Source: Thermoplasmata archaeon | GTDB taxonomy: Archaea; Thermoplasmatota; Thermoplasmata; Lutacidiplasmatales; UBA184 | Direction: 5' to 3' | Length of the DNA stretch: 64,000 nucleotides | Assembly: GCA_027315165.1 (NCBI GenBank) | Contig: DAHUYN010000009.1 | Coordinates: 8,770-72,769, forward strand | Shown: positions 43,949 through 54,505 of the stretch, piece after piece | Numbering within the stretch: position 1 is the first letter of the stretch | Layout of the letters: each line of letters starts with the position of its first letter | Program-made: the position numbers and the translations under genes | The notes under the pieces: generated by a model | What the model saw: the letters and a program-made list of their open reading frames with translations, nothing else | What the model was told of the DNA's origin: nothing | Database searches by the model: none

Positions 43949-46774
43949 CTAGCCGACGGTCCCGGGCGGCGGCGTGCCCGGTGTCGAGGTCGGCTGCGGC
44001 CTTCGACCCCTCCCCCGGAGGAGGAGCGCCACGATCGCCACGACGACGAGGAGCCCGACGATCCCGAGGATCGCGTAGGCCGTGAGCGCGGGCAGTCCGA
44101 GGACGGTGTTCGGGGTCGAGCCGCCGGTCTTCGCGGTCGAGGTGAACTGGATCGTCTGCGCGGCGGTGGCGCCGCTCACCCCGATGCTCCCCGACGCCGG
44201 CGCGGCCGTGTCGCCCGAAACGCTGCCGACGGTGAAGGGGTAGGTTCCGTTCGGCTCCGAGAACGTCACGGTCGGGGTCGTCGAGGAGAGCGTCGTGCTC
44301 CCGAGAGCGACGGACCAGCTCGTGCCCGCAGGAAGCCCCGTCTCGGTGAACACCACGTCGTAGCTCGTCGGCGGCGTCGACGAGGCGAAGGTGACGGTCT
44401 TCGTCAGTGGGGCCCCCGCCACCGTCACGGAGCCCGACGCCGGCGTCGGCGTCGCGCTCCCGACCGCGGCGACCGAGAAGCTGTAGGTGCCGTTCGCCTC
44501 GGAGAAGACGATCGTCGCGCTCGTCCAGGAGAACGTGTTCCCTCCGAGCGTGACGGACCAGGAGGTCCCGGCGGCGAGCCCCGTCTCGCTGAACGTGACG
44601 TCGAAGCTCGCCGGCGGCGCGGTATTGGTGAAGGTCACGAGCACGCTCACGCCCCCCCCGTTGACGGTGACGGTGCCGCCCGTCGGGCTCGCCGTGTAGC
44701 CCGAGACGGCACCGATCGTGTAGCTGTAGCTCGCGTTCGTCACCGAGAAGACGGCGGTCGAGGTCGTCGAGGAGAGCGTGCTCCCTCCGAGCGTGACCGA
44801 CCAGGGGGTCCCGGTCGCGAGCCCCGTCTCGGAGAACGTCACACCGTACTCGGTCGGGAGGCTGACCGCGGTGAAGACGATGGTCTGCGCGGCCGCGGCG
44901 CCGGCGACGAGGACCACGCCGCTCGACGGCGAGGCGGTGTAGCCGACCGCTCCGCCCGCGGTGAACGCGTAGGTGCCGTTCGGGAAGAGGAACGTCAGGG
45001 TCGTCGAGGAGGCCGAGCCGGTGAGGTCGGCGTAGTCGACCAGCGCGTACCACGCGGTCCCGGACGCCAGGCCGGTCTCGGTGAAGGTGACCGTGTAGGC
45101 GTCCCGGTAGTGGAACGTCACGAGGAGGGTCGCCGCGGAGCCGTGGATCGGGAGGTAGCCATAGGGCACCGAGGCGTTGTAGTGCGCCGTCGAGGCGAGG
45201 TAGTAGCTGTAGGTGCCGTTCGGGATCGAGACCGAGAGCGACGTTCCCGTGCCGACGGTGATCTGGGCACTGCTGTAGCCGGGCGTTCCGCCGAACGTGT
45301 ACGCCGCCCACAGGGTCCCGCTCGGGAGTCCGCTCTCGCGGAAGGTGAGATTGTACATCGCCGGCAGGCGGAACGAGATCGAGATCTGGAGCGGAGTGCC
45401 CGCGGCGAGGACCGTCCCGTTGGCGGGTGAGCTCTGGTACCAGCCGAGCGTCGTCACGGTGTAGGGCGTGCTTCCGCTCTGCAGCGTGAACGACAGGTTC
45501 GCGGAGGCGGCGGTCGTCGAGAAGGCGCCGAGCGTCACCTGCCAGGCGGTCCCGGAGGGCAGTCCCGACTCCTGGAAGGTCACTGAGGTGGTCGTTGCGG
45601 AGGCAAAGCGGATCGATACACTGATCGCCGCGCCGGTGATGGTCACGTTGCCGCTCGAGGGCGAGGGGGCGTAGCCGGGGGCTGCCTCGACCGCGTAGGT
45701 CCAGCTTCCGTTGCCGGCGGCGAACCCGACCGCGCTCGTCGTCGAGGTGTTCATGCTGCCCGAGAAGCTCACCGACCACGGGGTCCCGGTGGGAAGTCCC
45801 GTCTCGGAGAAGGTGACCGGGTAGCCTGCGCAGACGTAGGTCGAGTTCGTGATGACCGCGCCGGAGCCGGGGTCGATCTCCGCGGCAAACGTGCCGCCGA
45901 CGCTCGACGAGGGGCTACAACCGGCGGTGTAGTACACGTCCCAGAGGGAGGGCTCCGGCGTGACGATGAGGGCGCTGTTGATCGCGTAACCGCCCCCGTA
46001 GAGGGACCACTGCTTGACGGCGTTCGGATACTGTCGGAGGAACGCGCTGCCCCCCACACGATCCGCGACCGCGACGGCGCCGGTCGAATCGACCGCGGGC
46101 GTCGGAACCGCACCCGAGATGAACTGGAGCTCCCCGGGGACGCAGGTCTCCTTCGCGAAGAGGCTCGCGGTGCCGTTGTCGACGAGCGCGAGGAGGAAGG
46201 CGTCGGGGACGCTCGCCGAAAGGAGCGTGAACTCGTAGGCCGCGGCGGTGCCGACCGAGGCCGACGTGGGCGTACCGGTGAGGGTGAGCTCCGTCGGGGG
46301 GGTTCCGATCCAGTGGTAGGCGCACCCCGTCGGGAGCGTCAGATTGGCCACGGCCGTCGTTTCCGTGGCCGGGAGCGCGAGGCCGGCCCCCGCGGAGAGG
46401 TTCCACGAGGCCGAGCCGAATCCCGAGGCGGCCGCGGCGGCGAGCGCGGCGGCCGCGTTGTACGAGAGGGCGACGACGCCCGTGAGCGGGCGGGCGCTGC
46501 GCACGGGGCCGTGAGAGAACTCCGTCGTCGGCAGGAGCCCGGTGAACCGAGGGGCCGCCCCGACCGTGGTGGGGAGCGAGGCCGAGGGCGGCGTCGACGC
46601 CGCGGGCTGTGCCGACCGAACGAGGGAGGCCGTGGGGGCCGCGATCGCGGCGGAGCCCGCTCGAGAGAAGGCTCCGCCCGACGGTCCGAAGGCCGCGAGA
46701 CCTCCCATCGCGAGCAGGGCGACGACAACCAGGGCCCGGAGTCTTCGATGCGCTACGGAGGCACGGTCCTTCAT
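43949..46774 (-). CDS. Surface glycoprotein with 7 tandem Ig-like repeats and a C-terminal TM anchor
   Basis: Signal peptide, 7 copies of VTF.E(T/S)GL..GT.W.V, TM followed by RGRGRR. Confidence 0.88.
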   Translation of the reverse strand: MKDRASVAHRRLRALVVVALLAMGGLAAFGPSGGAFSRAGSAAIAAPTASLVRSAQPAASTPPSASLPTTVGAAPRFTGLLPTTEFSHGPVRSARPLTGVVALSYNAAAALAAAAASGFGSASWNLSAGAGLALPATETTAVANLTLPTGCAYHWIGTPPTELTLTGTPTSASVGTAAAYEFTLLSASVPDAFLLALVDNGTASLFAKETCVPGELQFISGAVPTPAVDSTGAVAVADRVGGSAFLRQYPNAVKQWSLYGGGYAINSALIVTPEPSLWDVYYTAGCSPSSSVGGTFAAEIDPGSGAVITNSTYVCAGYPVTFSETGLPTGTPWSVSFSGSMNTSTTSAVGFAAGNGSWTYAVEAAPGYAPSPSSGNVTITGAAISVSIRFASATTTSVTFQESGLPSGTAWQVTLGAFSTTAASANLSFTLQSGSTPYTVTTLGWYQSSPANGTVLAAGTPLQISISFRLPAMYNLTFRESGLPSGTLWAAYTFGGTPGYSSAQITVGTGTSLSVSIPNGTYSYYLASTAHYNASVPYGYLPIHGSAATLLVTFHYRDAYTVTFTETGLASGTAWYALVDYADLTGSASSTTLTFLFPNGTYAFTAGGAVGYTASPSSGVVLVAGAAAAQTIVFTAVSLPTEYGVTFSETGLATGTPWSVTLGGSTLSSTTSTAVFSVTNASYSYTIGAVSGYTASPTGGTVTVNGGGVSVLVTFTNTAPPASFDVTFSETGLAAGTSWSVTLGGNTFSWTSATIVFSEANGTYSFSVAAVGSATPTPASGSVTVAGAPLTKTVTFASSTPPTSYDVVFTETGLPAGTSWSVALGSTTLSSTTPTVTFSEPNGTYPFTVGSVSGDTAAPASGSIGVSGATAAQTIQFTSTAKTGGSTPNTVLGLPALTAYAILGIVGLLVVVAIVALLLRGRGRRPQPTSTPGTPPPGTVG
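44130..45830 (-). repeat. Coding tandem repeat of about 80-aa beta-sandwich modules
   Basis: Seven recurrences of the TF.ETGL..GT.W motif. Boundaries are approximate. Confidence 0.75.
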
Positions 46775-46889
46775 GGCAGCAAAACACCGATAGCGGGTCC
46801 GGAGGATAAATCCGGGAGGCCGGCGAGGGGCCCGGCGTCGGTTCCGGTGCTCCCGTCGGGGCCGGTCTCGGACGTGAGGGACGGAGCGG

Positions 46890-46912
46890 TCGCCCCGGTC
46901 GCGTCGGGGCGA
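46890..46912 (-). terminator. Hairpin downstream of the YncE-like gene
   Basis: TCGCCCCG/CGGGGCGA 8-bp stem. Confidence 0.35.
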
Positions 46913-46921
46913 TCCCGTCGG

Positions 46922-49900
46922 CTACCTCGGCATGTCGATCTCGAATCGGCCGTTCTCGGGGGCGTTCTCGTCGTGGCCCGGCGCCTGCGGGGGCGGTCCC
47001 CGACGGCGCCGGACCATGACGACGGTCGCCACGACCGCGACGACCGCGACGACCACGATCGTCCCGATGAGCGCGTAGAGGAGCCCGCCCGAGAGAAGCC
47101 CGCCGTTCGCGGAGCTCCCAAGGGTCCCGCCCGGGGGCGGGGGTGCGGCGACGACGTCGAAGACGATCGAGGAGGCGTTCTTCGTGCCGTTGAAGTCCGT
47201 CGAGAGGGTCAGTGTCACGTTGAGAAGCCAGTCGAACGTGATCGCGACCGTAGAGCCCGTCGTGTTGTTGAGGAGGGCCCCGCCCACGGGCCGGACGGCC
47301 CAGGTGTACGTCGTGTTGGTCCCGAGGACCGCGGCCTCCCCCGGGGCGAGCTGCACGGAGCAGTTCGAGCGAGAGCCGTTCGTCGGCGAGGTCGTCGCGG
47401 GCGAGACCCCTATCGTGACGTTCAGCGGGTACGGCCCGACCGTGAGCGTCATCGACTCCGTGGCGGACTCGTTGGCGAGGTCGCTCACGGTGACCGAGAC
47501 CGAAGAGCTCCCGACCTGGCCCGGCGTGCAGTTGAGCTGCGGCGTCGACGAGGAGCGGCAGCCCGCGGGCAGATGCGTCCAGTTGTACGAGTACGGCGGG
47601 TAGCCGAAGGCCGCCCCGGTCGTGAACGTGGTGCCCTCGCCCTGGATGGCCGGCGAGACCGTCGCGTTGAGGGGCTGGGCCGCGAGGCCGGCCCCGACGT
47701 AATAGATCGCGCTCGAGCCGGCGCCGGCGACCGCGACGAGCCCGGAATCCGACAGGTAGGCGACCCCGGCGAGAGGCGTCGGGATGGGCAGGTCGGTGAT
47801 CGCTCCGGTCGCGCTGTCGATGACCTCGAGCAGGCCCGAGCCGCCGGACGACTCGGCGACGTACGTCCGATTGTTGCCGGTGTCGTAGGCGAGGCCGCTC
47901 ACGGGGTGCTGCAGCGTGAGGGTCTGCTCGACCGCCCCGGTCGTCGAGAGGACGGAGATCTTCCCCGTGCCCGCGTTGGCGACGTCGATCTGACCCGTCA
48001 GCGGGTTCTGGAGGAGGAGGGTCGGCGTGCCGCCGACGACCGCGGTCCACAGCCGTGTGCCGTTGACCGCGTTCATGCCGAAGACACGACCCTCCCACGG
48101 GTCGGAGACGACGAGGAGGTTGCCCGGGAGCGCGAGGACCGACGCCTGGGCGTAGTAGTTGCCGGAGAGGGAGCCCCCCGAGAAGATGGTGACGGTCTCG
48201 TTGCCGACGATCTGGCCCGACGCGGGGTCGATCACCGTGAGGTTCTCGTTAGAGTCACCGTACTGGGCCGAGGTGACACCGACGACGTAGACGCGGTCCG
48301 TCGAGGCGCCGTAGCCGATCCCGTCCCAGGTCGAGGCGTAGCCGCCCGGGAGCGGGATCGACGCCGAGACTTGTGTCGAGGAATCCGGGAGCGCGCTCAC
48401 CGACTGCTGGCCGTAGGCGTACGACTGTCCGCCGTTGCTCAGCACGTACGTCGTCCTCGATGCGGTGTCGTAGGTCATCGCGACCGGCGCAACGCCGACC
48501 GGAACCGACCCGGTGGGCGCGAGCGTCGTCGAATCGAGGAGGTCCACGGACCGGCCGCTCCCGTCCGCGGCGAGGAGCCGGTGCGACGTGGGGTCGGCGA
48601 GGAGCGCTCCCGGGGCCGCCCCCGTGAGGATCGGGACGCCGGGGATCCCTGTCGTCGCGTTCACCGGCACGAGGGCGTTCTCGCACGCGTCGGTCGCGAG
48701 AAGTTGCCCGTTCGAAAAGTAGCCCAGGCTCGAGAGGCAGGTCCCGTCGGTGGCGAAGGTCCGGATCGTCCCGTTCGACGCGTCGATGCCCACGAGGCCA
48801 CGGCCGTACTGCACGACGAGGAAGGCGCCTGCGGCCGGGTCGAACGTCATCGTTCCCCAGTTGGGCACGTTGTCGGGGATCGTCAGGGTCTGCCGGAAGG
48901 TGGCGGTCCCTCCCGAGATGCTGTACTCGGTGAGGTTCGTGGGGCCGCCGTACCAGTCGACGACGGCGAGGACCCCCGACGCCGGGTCGATGCCGATGTC
49001 GTAGGGGATCTGCGGCAGGTACACCGTGCCCTGCGTCGTTCCGGTCGTCGCGTCGACGATCGAAACGTCCCAGCTATCCCAATCCATCACGAACAGCTGG
49101 TCGGTGGTCGGGTCGTAGCTGGCCGAGGTGGGGCCGGCGCCGAGGTGCAGGACCCGGACGACGGCGTTCGTCGCGCCGTCGATCTCCGTCACGTTGTAGG
49201 TGCAGCACGGGAGGATGTATCGACCGGGCTCCATCACGAAGACGTCCCCGGAGTCGCTCGCGTAGACGACATCGGTCGGCGCGGAGGCGAAGTAGCCGCT
49301 CTGGGCGCCGACAGCGAGGCTCGTGACCACGTGGAAGGAGGTCGCGTTGATCACCGAGACGTTGTTCGAACCGGAGTTCGAGACGAAGACCTCGTTCCCC
49401 GCGGGATCGTAGGCGGCGGCCGTCGGGCCGTGTCCGACGACGACCGACGCGATGAGCCGGTCCGTCGGGCTGAACACGCTCACGGATCCCGTGTCAAAGT
49501 TGGCGACGAAGACGTCGCCCGTCGCGGTGTCGACGGCGACGCCGTCGGGGGTCAGGCCCTGAGGAGCGGGATGGACCCCTGGGCCGTAGGTCTGGTTGAG
49601 GAGGTTCGCCGTCGCGAGGAAGGCGTCGCGACCGGACGAGGTCGGCGTCGGAAGGCCGAGAGACGAACCCGGGAGGATGCCGCTCGGGCCCAGCGGCCGG
49701 AGCTCCGGCACCGCGGGCCGCGAGACGGAGGCGGGGCCGGTCCCGATCGGACCGACCGAGGGCGCCCGGGCGGACGCGGCCGGCAGCACGCTGTGCGGAG
49801 CGACCAGCAACGTCGAGAGGACGATCCCGATCGCGAGGGTCCCGGCAACGACCGGTGTCCCCCGGGGAAGCCCCGCTCGGCGGCGCCAGGAGCGGCGCGG

Positions 49901-49948
49901 TGAGGAGAAAGCGCTCTCGGCGGACTCGGCGCGATACCGGGCGGTCAT
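46922..49948 (-). CDS. YncE/YVTN beta-propeller surface protein with Ig-like domains and TM anchor
   Basis: Repeated P..VA.D.....VFV.N..S..VSVI blades. C-terminal TM plus RRRR. ATG at 49948 with a TATA-like element upstream. Confidence 0.85.
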   Translation of the reverse strand: MTARYRAESAESAFSSPRRSWRRRAGLPRGTPVVAGTLAIGIVLSTLLVAPHSVLPAASARAPSVGPIGTGPASVSRPAVPELRPLGPSGILPGSSLGLPTPTSSGRDAFLATANLLNQTYGPGVHPAPQGLTPDGVAVDTATGDVFVANFDTGSVSVFSPTDRLIASVVVGHGPTAAAYDPAGNEVFVSNSGSNNVSVINATSFHVVTSLAVGAQSGYFASAPTDVVYASDSGDVFVMEPGRYILPCCTYNVTEIDGATNAVVRVLHLGAGPTSASYDPTTDQLFVMDWDSWDVSIVDATTGTTQGTVYLPQIPYDIGIDPASGVLAVVDWYGGPTNLTEYSISGGTATFRQTLTIPDNVPNWGTMTFDPAAGAFLVVQYGRGLVGIDASNGTIRTFATDGTCLSSLGYFSNGQLLATDACENALVPVNATTGIPGVPILTGAAPGALLADPTSHRLLAADGSGRSVDLLDSTTLAPTGSVPVGVAPVAMTYDTASRTTYVLSNGGQSYAYGQQSVSALPDSSTQVSASIPLPGGYASTWDGIGYGASTDRVYVVGVTSAQYGDSNENLTVIDPASGQIVGNETVTIFSGGSLSGNYYAQASVLALPGNLLVVSDPWEGRVFGMNAVNGTRLWTAVVGGTPTLLLQNPLTGQIDVANAGTGKISVLSTTGAVEQTLTLQHPVSGLAYDTGNNRTYVAESSGGSGLLEVIDSATGAITDLPIPTPLAGVAYLSDSGLVAVAGAGSSAIYYVGAGLAAQPLNATVSPAIQGEGTTFTTGAAFGYPPYSYNWTHLPAGCRSSSTPQLNCTPGQVGSSSVSVTVSDLANESATESMTLTVGPYPLNVTIGVSPATTSPTNGSRSNCSVQLAPGEAAVLGTNTTYTWAVRPVGGALLNNTTGSTVAITFDWLLNVTLTLSTDFNGTKNASSIVFDVVAAPPPPGGTLGSSANGGLLSGGLLYALIGTIVVVAVVAVVATVVMVRRRRGPPPQAPGHDENAPENGRFEIDMPR

Positions 49949-50117
49949 CGGTGCCGCCGTCCACCGTTCGTCAGCTATAACAAAGTACTGACAGGCGGTT
50001 TCGCCTGCGTCGCACGGCGCGTTCTGGAAGGACTCACGGGCGATTGTGTGGGACGTCGGCAGGAAGCGGCGCCGCGGACACGAGAGCCCGGCTCCCTCGT
50101 CGACGCGGCGGGCTCGA

Positions 50118-51701
50118 CTACGCGCTCTCCGTGAACGGTCGTAGGTGGGCCGGGGGCCCGGCATCGAAGCGGCTGAGGCCCTGCCATCGCCAGGCGGCCG
50201 CGAGGAGGAGGTTCACCAACGCGATGGCGCCGACGATCAGGGCGAGTCCGAGCGCGCTGCCGCTGAATGCGACCGGCAGAACGAAGACGAGAGACGCCAG
50301 GGTCTCGAGGAAGCCCAGCAGGGTGCCGAAGCGGGCGAGGGTGAGCCCGCTCTCCGACAGGTTCGCGAGCGTTGCGAGCTGCGCGGCCGCCGTCACGAAC
50401 GGAAAACTCAGGAGGTAAGCGGCGGCCGCAAGCCCGACGACGACCGCACCTGCGTAGGCCGAGATCGCGAACTCGAGCACGGCCGCCGGCGCGAAGAGCA
50501 GCATCGGCGCCGACAGCAGGGCCTTGTAGATCTCCCTGGGCGGGAGCGGCAGGCTCCGGAGGATGTCCCGGTCGACCGAGCGACCGGGAGCGGCCTCGGT
50601 CATCGTCCCGAATCCCCCGATCATCGGGAACAGGGAAAGGAGCAGCACGCTCGCGAAGAATGCGCTGCCGCCGCCCCCCGTGAAGAGCGACACACCGAGC
50701 ACGGGAACGAGAACGACGACCGCGAACCCGACCGCAAACGACCGGAGCAGGAAGGTGACGCGGAGCGCGGCGAGGGCCCGCCACCCGCCGCCCCAGTCGA
50801 GGAATCTCGGGCGGAGAAGGAGACGGAAGGATTCGTAGAGGCCCGGCGCGGAGGCCCGCTCTTGCGAGAGCCCGCTGCGATCGGCCACTCCGTAGCTGGA
50901 GCCGGGTCCCGGCAGCTCGTAGCGGTAGCGGAGGGCAACCACGTCGACGACCGCAACGACGACCCACGTCGACGCGAGCGGGAGCCAGTCCAGAGCGGTC
51001 ATCGGGGCTCCGACGAGGAAACGCGACAGGTCCAGCGCGATCCATGCGAGAGTCGAGAACGGCGGTATGGCGAGCGCGACCTTGGGGTCGAAGAGAACGA
51101 AGAAGAACGACGCGTATCCGAGCGGGACGAGCGCGACGGCGAGAGCACGCCCGGTCCACGCCCGGCGGGAGCGGAGGGAGGCGTAGCCTCCGAGGACACC
51201 GAGCCCGACCCACAGGAGCGCCGCCGGAAGAAAGAGGGCGAGGAGCCGTCCGAGGTCGGCCCAGACCGGCGTGAGCACGACCCCGGAGAGAACCCACGCG
51301 CCGAGCAGCGAACCGACGACGCCGATGACGGTAACATCACGGAAAGCCCGACGGAGGTTGCCCTCCACCCACGTCGCCCGTCGAAGCGGGGTCGGGAAGA
51401 CGACGGAGACCGTGGCGACGTCCGCCTGCACCGTCGCGCTGCCGCGAAGGCCCGCCATCACCGGGAAGAGAAAGTAGAGGGCCATCCCGACGAACAGCGC
51501 CACCCCTCCGAGCGCCACCTTGTCCGGCGCTACCGGCCGGACGGGGCCGGTCTGCAACAAGGGGAGGAACGCGAGGAGCATGAACGGAAGCATGAGGAAG
51601 ATCATCAGCTGCGACGGGTGCTCCCGGAGATACCGGAGGTAGCCTCGGAACTGCCGGGCCCGCAGCCAGGAGTAGACCTGGCGCTCGCCCTCGACCTCCA
51701 T
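50118..51701 (-). CDS. Putative ABC exporter permease
   Basis: About 12 TM helices, directly downstream of the ABC ATPase. Confidence 0.75.
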   Translation of the reverse strand: MEVEGERQVYSWLRARQFRGYLRYLREHPSQLMIFLMLPFMLLAFLPLLQTGPVRPVAPDKVALGGVALFVGMALYFLFPVMAGLRGSATVQADVATVSVVFPTPLRRATWVEGNLRRAFRDVTVIGVVGSLLGAWVLSGVVLTPVWADLGRLLALFLPAALLWVGLGVLGGYASLRSRRAWTGRALAVALVPLGYASFFFVLFDPKVALAIPPFSTLAWIALDLSRFLVGAPMTALDWLPLASTWVVVAVVDVVALRYRYELPGPGSSYGVADRSGLSQERASAPGLYESFRLLLRPRFLDWGGGWRALAALRVTFLLRSFAVGFAVVVLVPVLGVSLFTGGGGSAFFASVLLLSLFPMIGGFGTMTEAAPGRSVDRDILRSLPLPPREIYKALLSAPMLLFAPAAVLEFAISAYAGAVVVGLAAAAYLLSFPFVTAAAQLATLANLSESGLTLARFGTLLGFLETLASLVFVLPVAFSGSALGLALIVGAIALVNLLLAAAWRWQGLSRFDAGPPAHLRPFTESA

Positions 51702-51708
51702 CGACCGT

Positions 51709-52482
51709 CTACCGCCCCGCGGTGAGCGTGAGGAAGACCTCCTCGAGCGACGCCCCCGGAGCGGCGTGGGCCAGCCGCCGAAGCTCGTCGAACGTGCCGC
51801 CGACGACCGGCCTTCCGTGTGCGAGGACTAGGACTCGGTGGCAGACCTCCTCGACCAGGGCGAGGCTGTGCGAGCTCACGACTCCGCCGGCCCCGGCGCC
51901 CGCGCGCTCTTTGATCCACCGCTTGAGAACGAAGGCACCCTTGGGGTCGATCCCGATGAGCGGCTCATCGAGGACCAGGACCTGAGGGTCGCGAAGCATC
52001 GCCATCGCGAGATGGATCTTCTGCTTCTGCCCCTTGGAGAGGTCTATCGCGAGCGAACGGGCCTTCTCCGTCAGGTCGAGAGCCTCGAGGATCGTCGAGG
52101 CGCGCGCCTCCCATCCCGGCGCGAGCTGATAGGCGCGCGCGACGAACTGCAGGTGCTCGGTGGGCGTAAGGTAGGCGAGCGGATGGGGCACCTCGGGGAG
52201 GTAGGCCATCATCGCCCGCGCCGGGATCGGGTCCTTGTGGATGTCGTGGCCTCCGATCGCCGAGGTGCCGCTGTCCTCGAGCAGAAGGCCGGTCAGGCAC
52301 CGAAGGAGCGTCGTCTTTCCCGACCCGTTCGGTCCGATGAGGCCGAGGATCTCTCCCCGGGCAACCGCGAACGACACGTCGGTGAGGGCTGCGACCTTCC
52401 CGAACCTCTTGGTGAGCCCCCGAACGTCGATCGCGGCGCCGAGAGCGGGCGCTCCCTGTGCGAGCGGGGCTTCGACGGGCAT
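51709..52482 (-). CDS. ABC transporter ATP-binding protein
   Basis: GPNGSGKTT, LSKGQKQK, LVLDEP, SSH. Confidence 0.93.
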   Translation of the reverse strand: MPVEAPLAQGAPALGAAIDVRGLTKRFGKVAALTDVSFAVARGEILGLIGPNGSGKTTLLRCLTGLLLEDSGTSAIGGHDIHKDPIPARAMMAYLPEVPHPLAYLTPTEHLQFVARAYQLAPGWEARASTILEALDLTEKARSLAIDLSKGQKQKIHLAMAMLRDPQVLVLDEPLIGIDPKGAFVLKRWIKERAGAGAGGVVSSHSLALVEEVCHRVLVLAHGRPVVGGTFDELRRLAHAAPGASLEEVFLTLTAGR

Positions 52483-52555
52483 TCCGGTCCCGAGGCTGGC
52501 GGATGGCGGACCGGGGATAAACCTGTGTTCCCGCGGCGAGCGCTACATCCGTTGA

Positions 52556-53651
52556 TGCTTCGTCCCATGATTGGGTCGTACGCTGATCGCGGCCCTCCCG
52601 GCCGCCCTTTCGGTGCAGACCTCTGGGTCTATCTCCCCTCGACCAAGCCGAACGGATGCCCACCGACAACCGCACCTATCATCGCGTCCGCCGACACGAG
52701 TTCGAGATCCTCCCCATCCTCACCGGCCGCGCCGTCGATCGGCCGGAGAAGCCGCCTCAATGGAGTCGGCGGGCGCGCGTGGGGAGGCCCCGCGCGCGGG
52801 CGCCCGGTCGCCCCGAGGAGTTCGACTGGAGAGCCATGGCCGAGACCCTGGTCCTGATGACGGGGGCCCACTTCGACTCTCGGCAGAGGGAGGCCTACCT
52901 CGCCCTCAATCACGCTCTGTGCCGCGGCCTTGGCTTCCCCCGAGCGCCCTCCCGGATGACCCTCTGGAGAGCCCAGAGGCGGTTCCCCGAGGTCGGGCTA
53001 CGTCAGTTGAACGACGAGGTGCGCGCGAGCTTCAAGAGAAGGTCGGGCCGGCTCTCCGTCGAGCTGTCGCAGCGGACTCGACTGGACTCGCGGAACACCG
53101 ACGGGGCGAGCGGCGAGTCCTTCGGGGGATGAACCGCCTCTCGCGCCGGCGGTTTCGCAAGGCGCACCTGGCGGTGGAGGCGCGAGCCGAAAACCGAGTC
53201 ATCTACGCCTGGCACCTCACGACCCCGCGCCGGCCCGACGGTCCGCTCCTCCCGAATCTCGTGGAACAGATCGAGGGTCCGATCGGAGCTGTGCTCGGGG
53301 AGGGGGCGTACGCGAGCCGCTCCAACCCCGAGCACGTCGAGGATCGTGGAGGCGTCAGCTACCTCCGACCGCGAGAGAGCTGGAGACCGAGGCCGGGACC
53401 GCCCTCGGCATGGCAACGGCTCCTCCGACGGTACCACGGTCGCCCGGGGTGGTTCGGACGGTGCTACCGGTACCGGGTGAACGTGGAGGGGCGGTTCTCC
53501 TCGATGAAGCGACGCCAGGGAGCGCACCTCCGGGCCCGAACGATGGCGAGTCAGCAGCGCGAGCTCGGGTGGAGATGTGTCGTCGAGAACCTCGAGATCT
53601 GCGCGAGATCCTACGTCAGAGCCGGGGTGGAGCTGACTTTGTGACGGAGCA
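52556..53651 (+). mobile_element. IS5-like insertion sequence remnant (~1.1 kb) with imperfect terminal inverted repeats
   Basis: Left end TGCTTCGTCCCA versus reverse complement of right end TGCTCCGTCACA (10/12 match), enclosing a DDE transposase. Confidence 0.6.
52656..53644 (+). pseudogene. IS5-like DDE transposase, frameshifted near 53030-53065
   Basis: The N-half is in ORF 52656. The C-half is in another frame: ADSTG, RKAHLAV, GEGAYAS, YRYRVNVEGRFSSMKR. Confidence 0.78.
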
Positions 53652-53668
53652 CGCTGTCGCAAGTAGGA

Positions 53669-53998
53669 CTACCGCGGCCTCTCGAGTCGGCCCCTTCCTA
53701 CGTGACTCTTCCGTTCGATCTTGCGATAGAACTCGGGTCGAGGTTCGAACGCGAGGAATCGAATCAGGTCCCCGTCGACCTCGTAGACCGCACGGAAGGC
53801 ACGCGGCGGGAATGTTGTCAACTTCAGCTTCCAAAGGCCCGGGTGATTCCGGACCGTCGAGACCGTGTATCCCCCACCGGATCTGAAGGGATGGCGAAGA
53901 AGCGACGGAAGAATTTCCTCAAGTTCGAGGCGAATGATAGGCGGCAGGGCGAGGTATTCTGCGTCGGCCGGCGGTCGGGCGACGGCTCGCTGAGCCAC
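53669..53998 (-). CDS. RelE/ParE-family toxin
   Basis: LWKLK...FRAVYEVDG..IRFL...PR.EFY pattern. Downstream of a small antitoxin-like gene. Confidence 0.72.
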   Translation of the reverse strand: MAQRAVARPPADAEYLALPPIIRLELEEILPSLLRHPFRSGGGYTVSTVRNHPGLWKLKLTTFPPRAFRAVYEVDGDLIRFLAFEPRPEFYRKIERKSHVGRGRLERPR

Positions 53999-54000
53999 CG

Positions 54001-54246
54001 TTAGCGACCCTTTCGCGCGAGGCTCCGAGGCTGCCGGATGACCTGTTCCATGGGAACGTCAACTCCCGGACCCCGCCGCCGTTCAATCTCCTCGTACCAG
54101 CCTGGGGGGACGTAGTCTTCGGCCATGTCCGTCAGGAATTCGTCCCAAGTCTGGTTGGCTGCCTTCAGCGCCTTGAGTCTGCGGACGACGTCCGAGTGAA
54201 CGGGAATGGAGGTCAGGGTCTGACTTGCCACCGTCGGATGGTACAT
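54001..54246 (-). CDS. Putative antitoxin (archaeal RHH-like)
   Basis: TSIPVHSDVVRRLKALKAANQTWDEFL. Adjacent to the toxin, with 2-nt spacing. Confidence 0.68.
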   Translation of the reverse strand: MYHPTVASQTLTSIPVHSDVVRRLKALKAANQTWDEFLTDMAEDYVPPGWYEEIERRRGPGVDVPMEQVIRQPRSLARKGR

Positions 54247-54505
54247 GACGGTACTTGATATCGCTTCCCTTTCCGGCGGGCGGTGATTCGGGCTTGGCGG
54301 AGACGGTCGCGCCTCAAAGGCAGGAGATCGGGCGTCAGGGAGGGGGTGAGAGTTCGCAGCGGGCCGCTGTCACAATCGAGCCTTGCGCCTCGCGCTCGGC
54401 CCGCGGTCGACTACCTGACCCGCGCCTCCTCCGAGCTCGGACTCGCACGGAGCCATGTGGAGGCTCGTTTGAATACCCGCCGGACGTCTCAGAGGAAAGG
54501 TTGCC

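Noticed and set aside
44130-45830. CRISPR-like periodic repeats
   Set aside because: The repeats are degenerate, in frame and protein-coding. No identical repeat-spacer array or cas operon was seen anywhere in the window.
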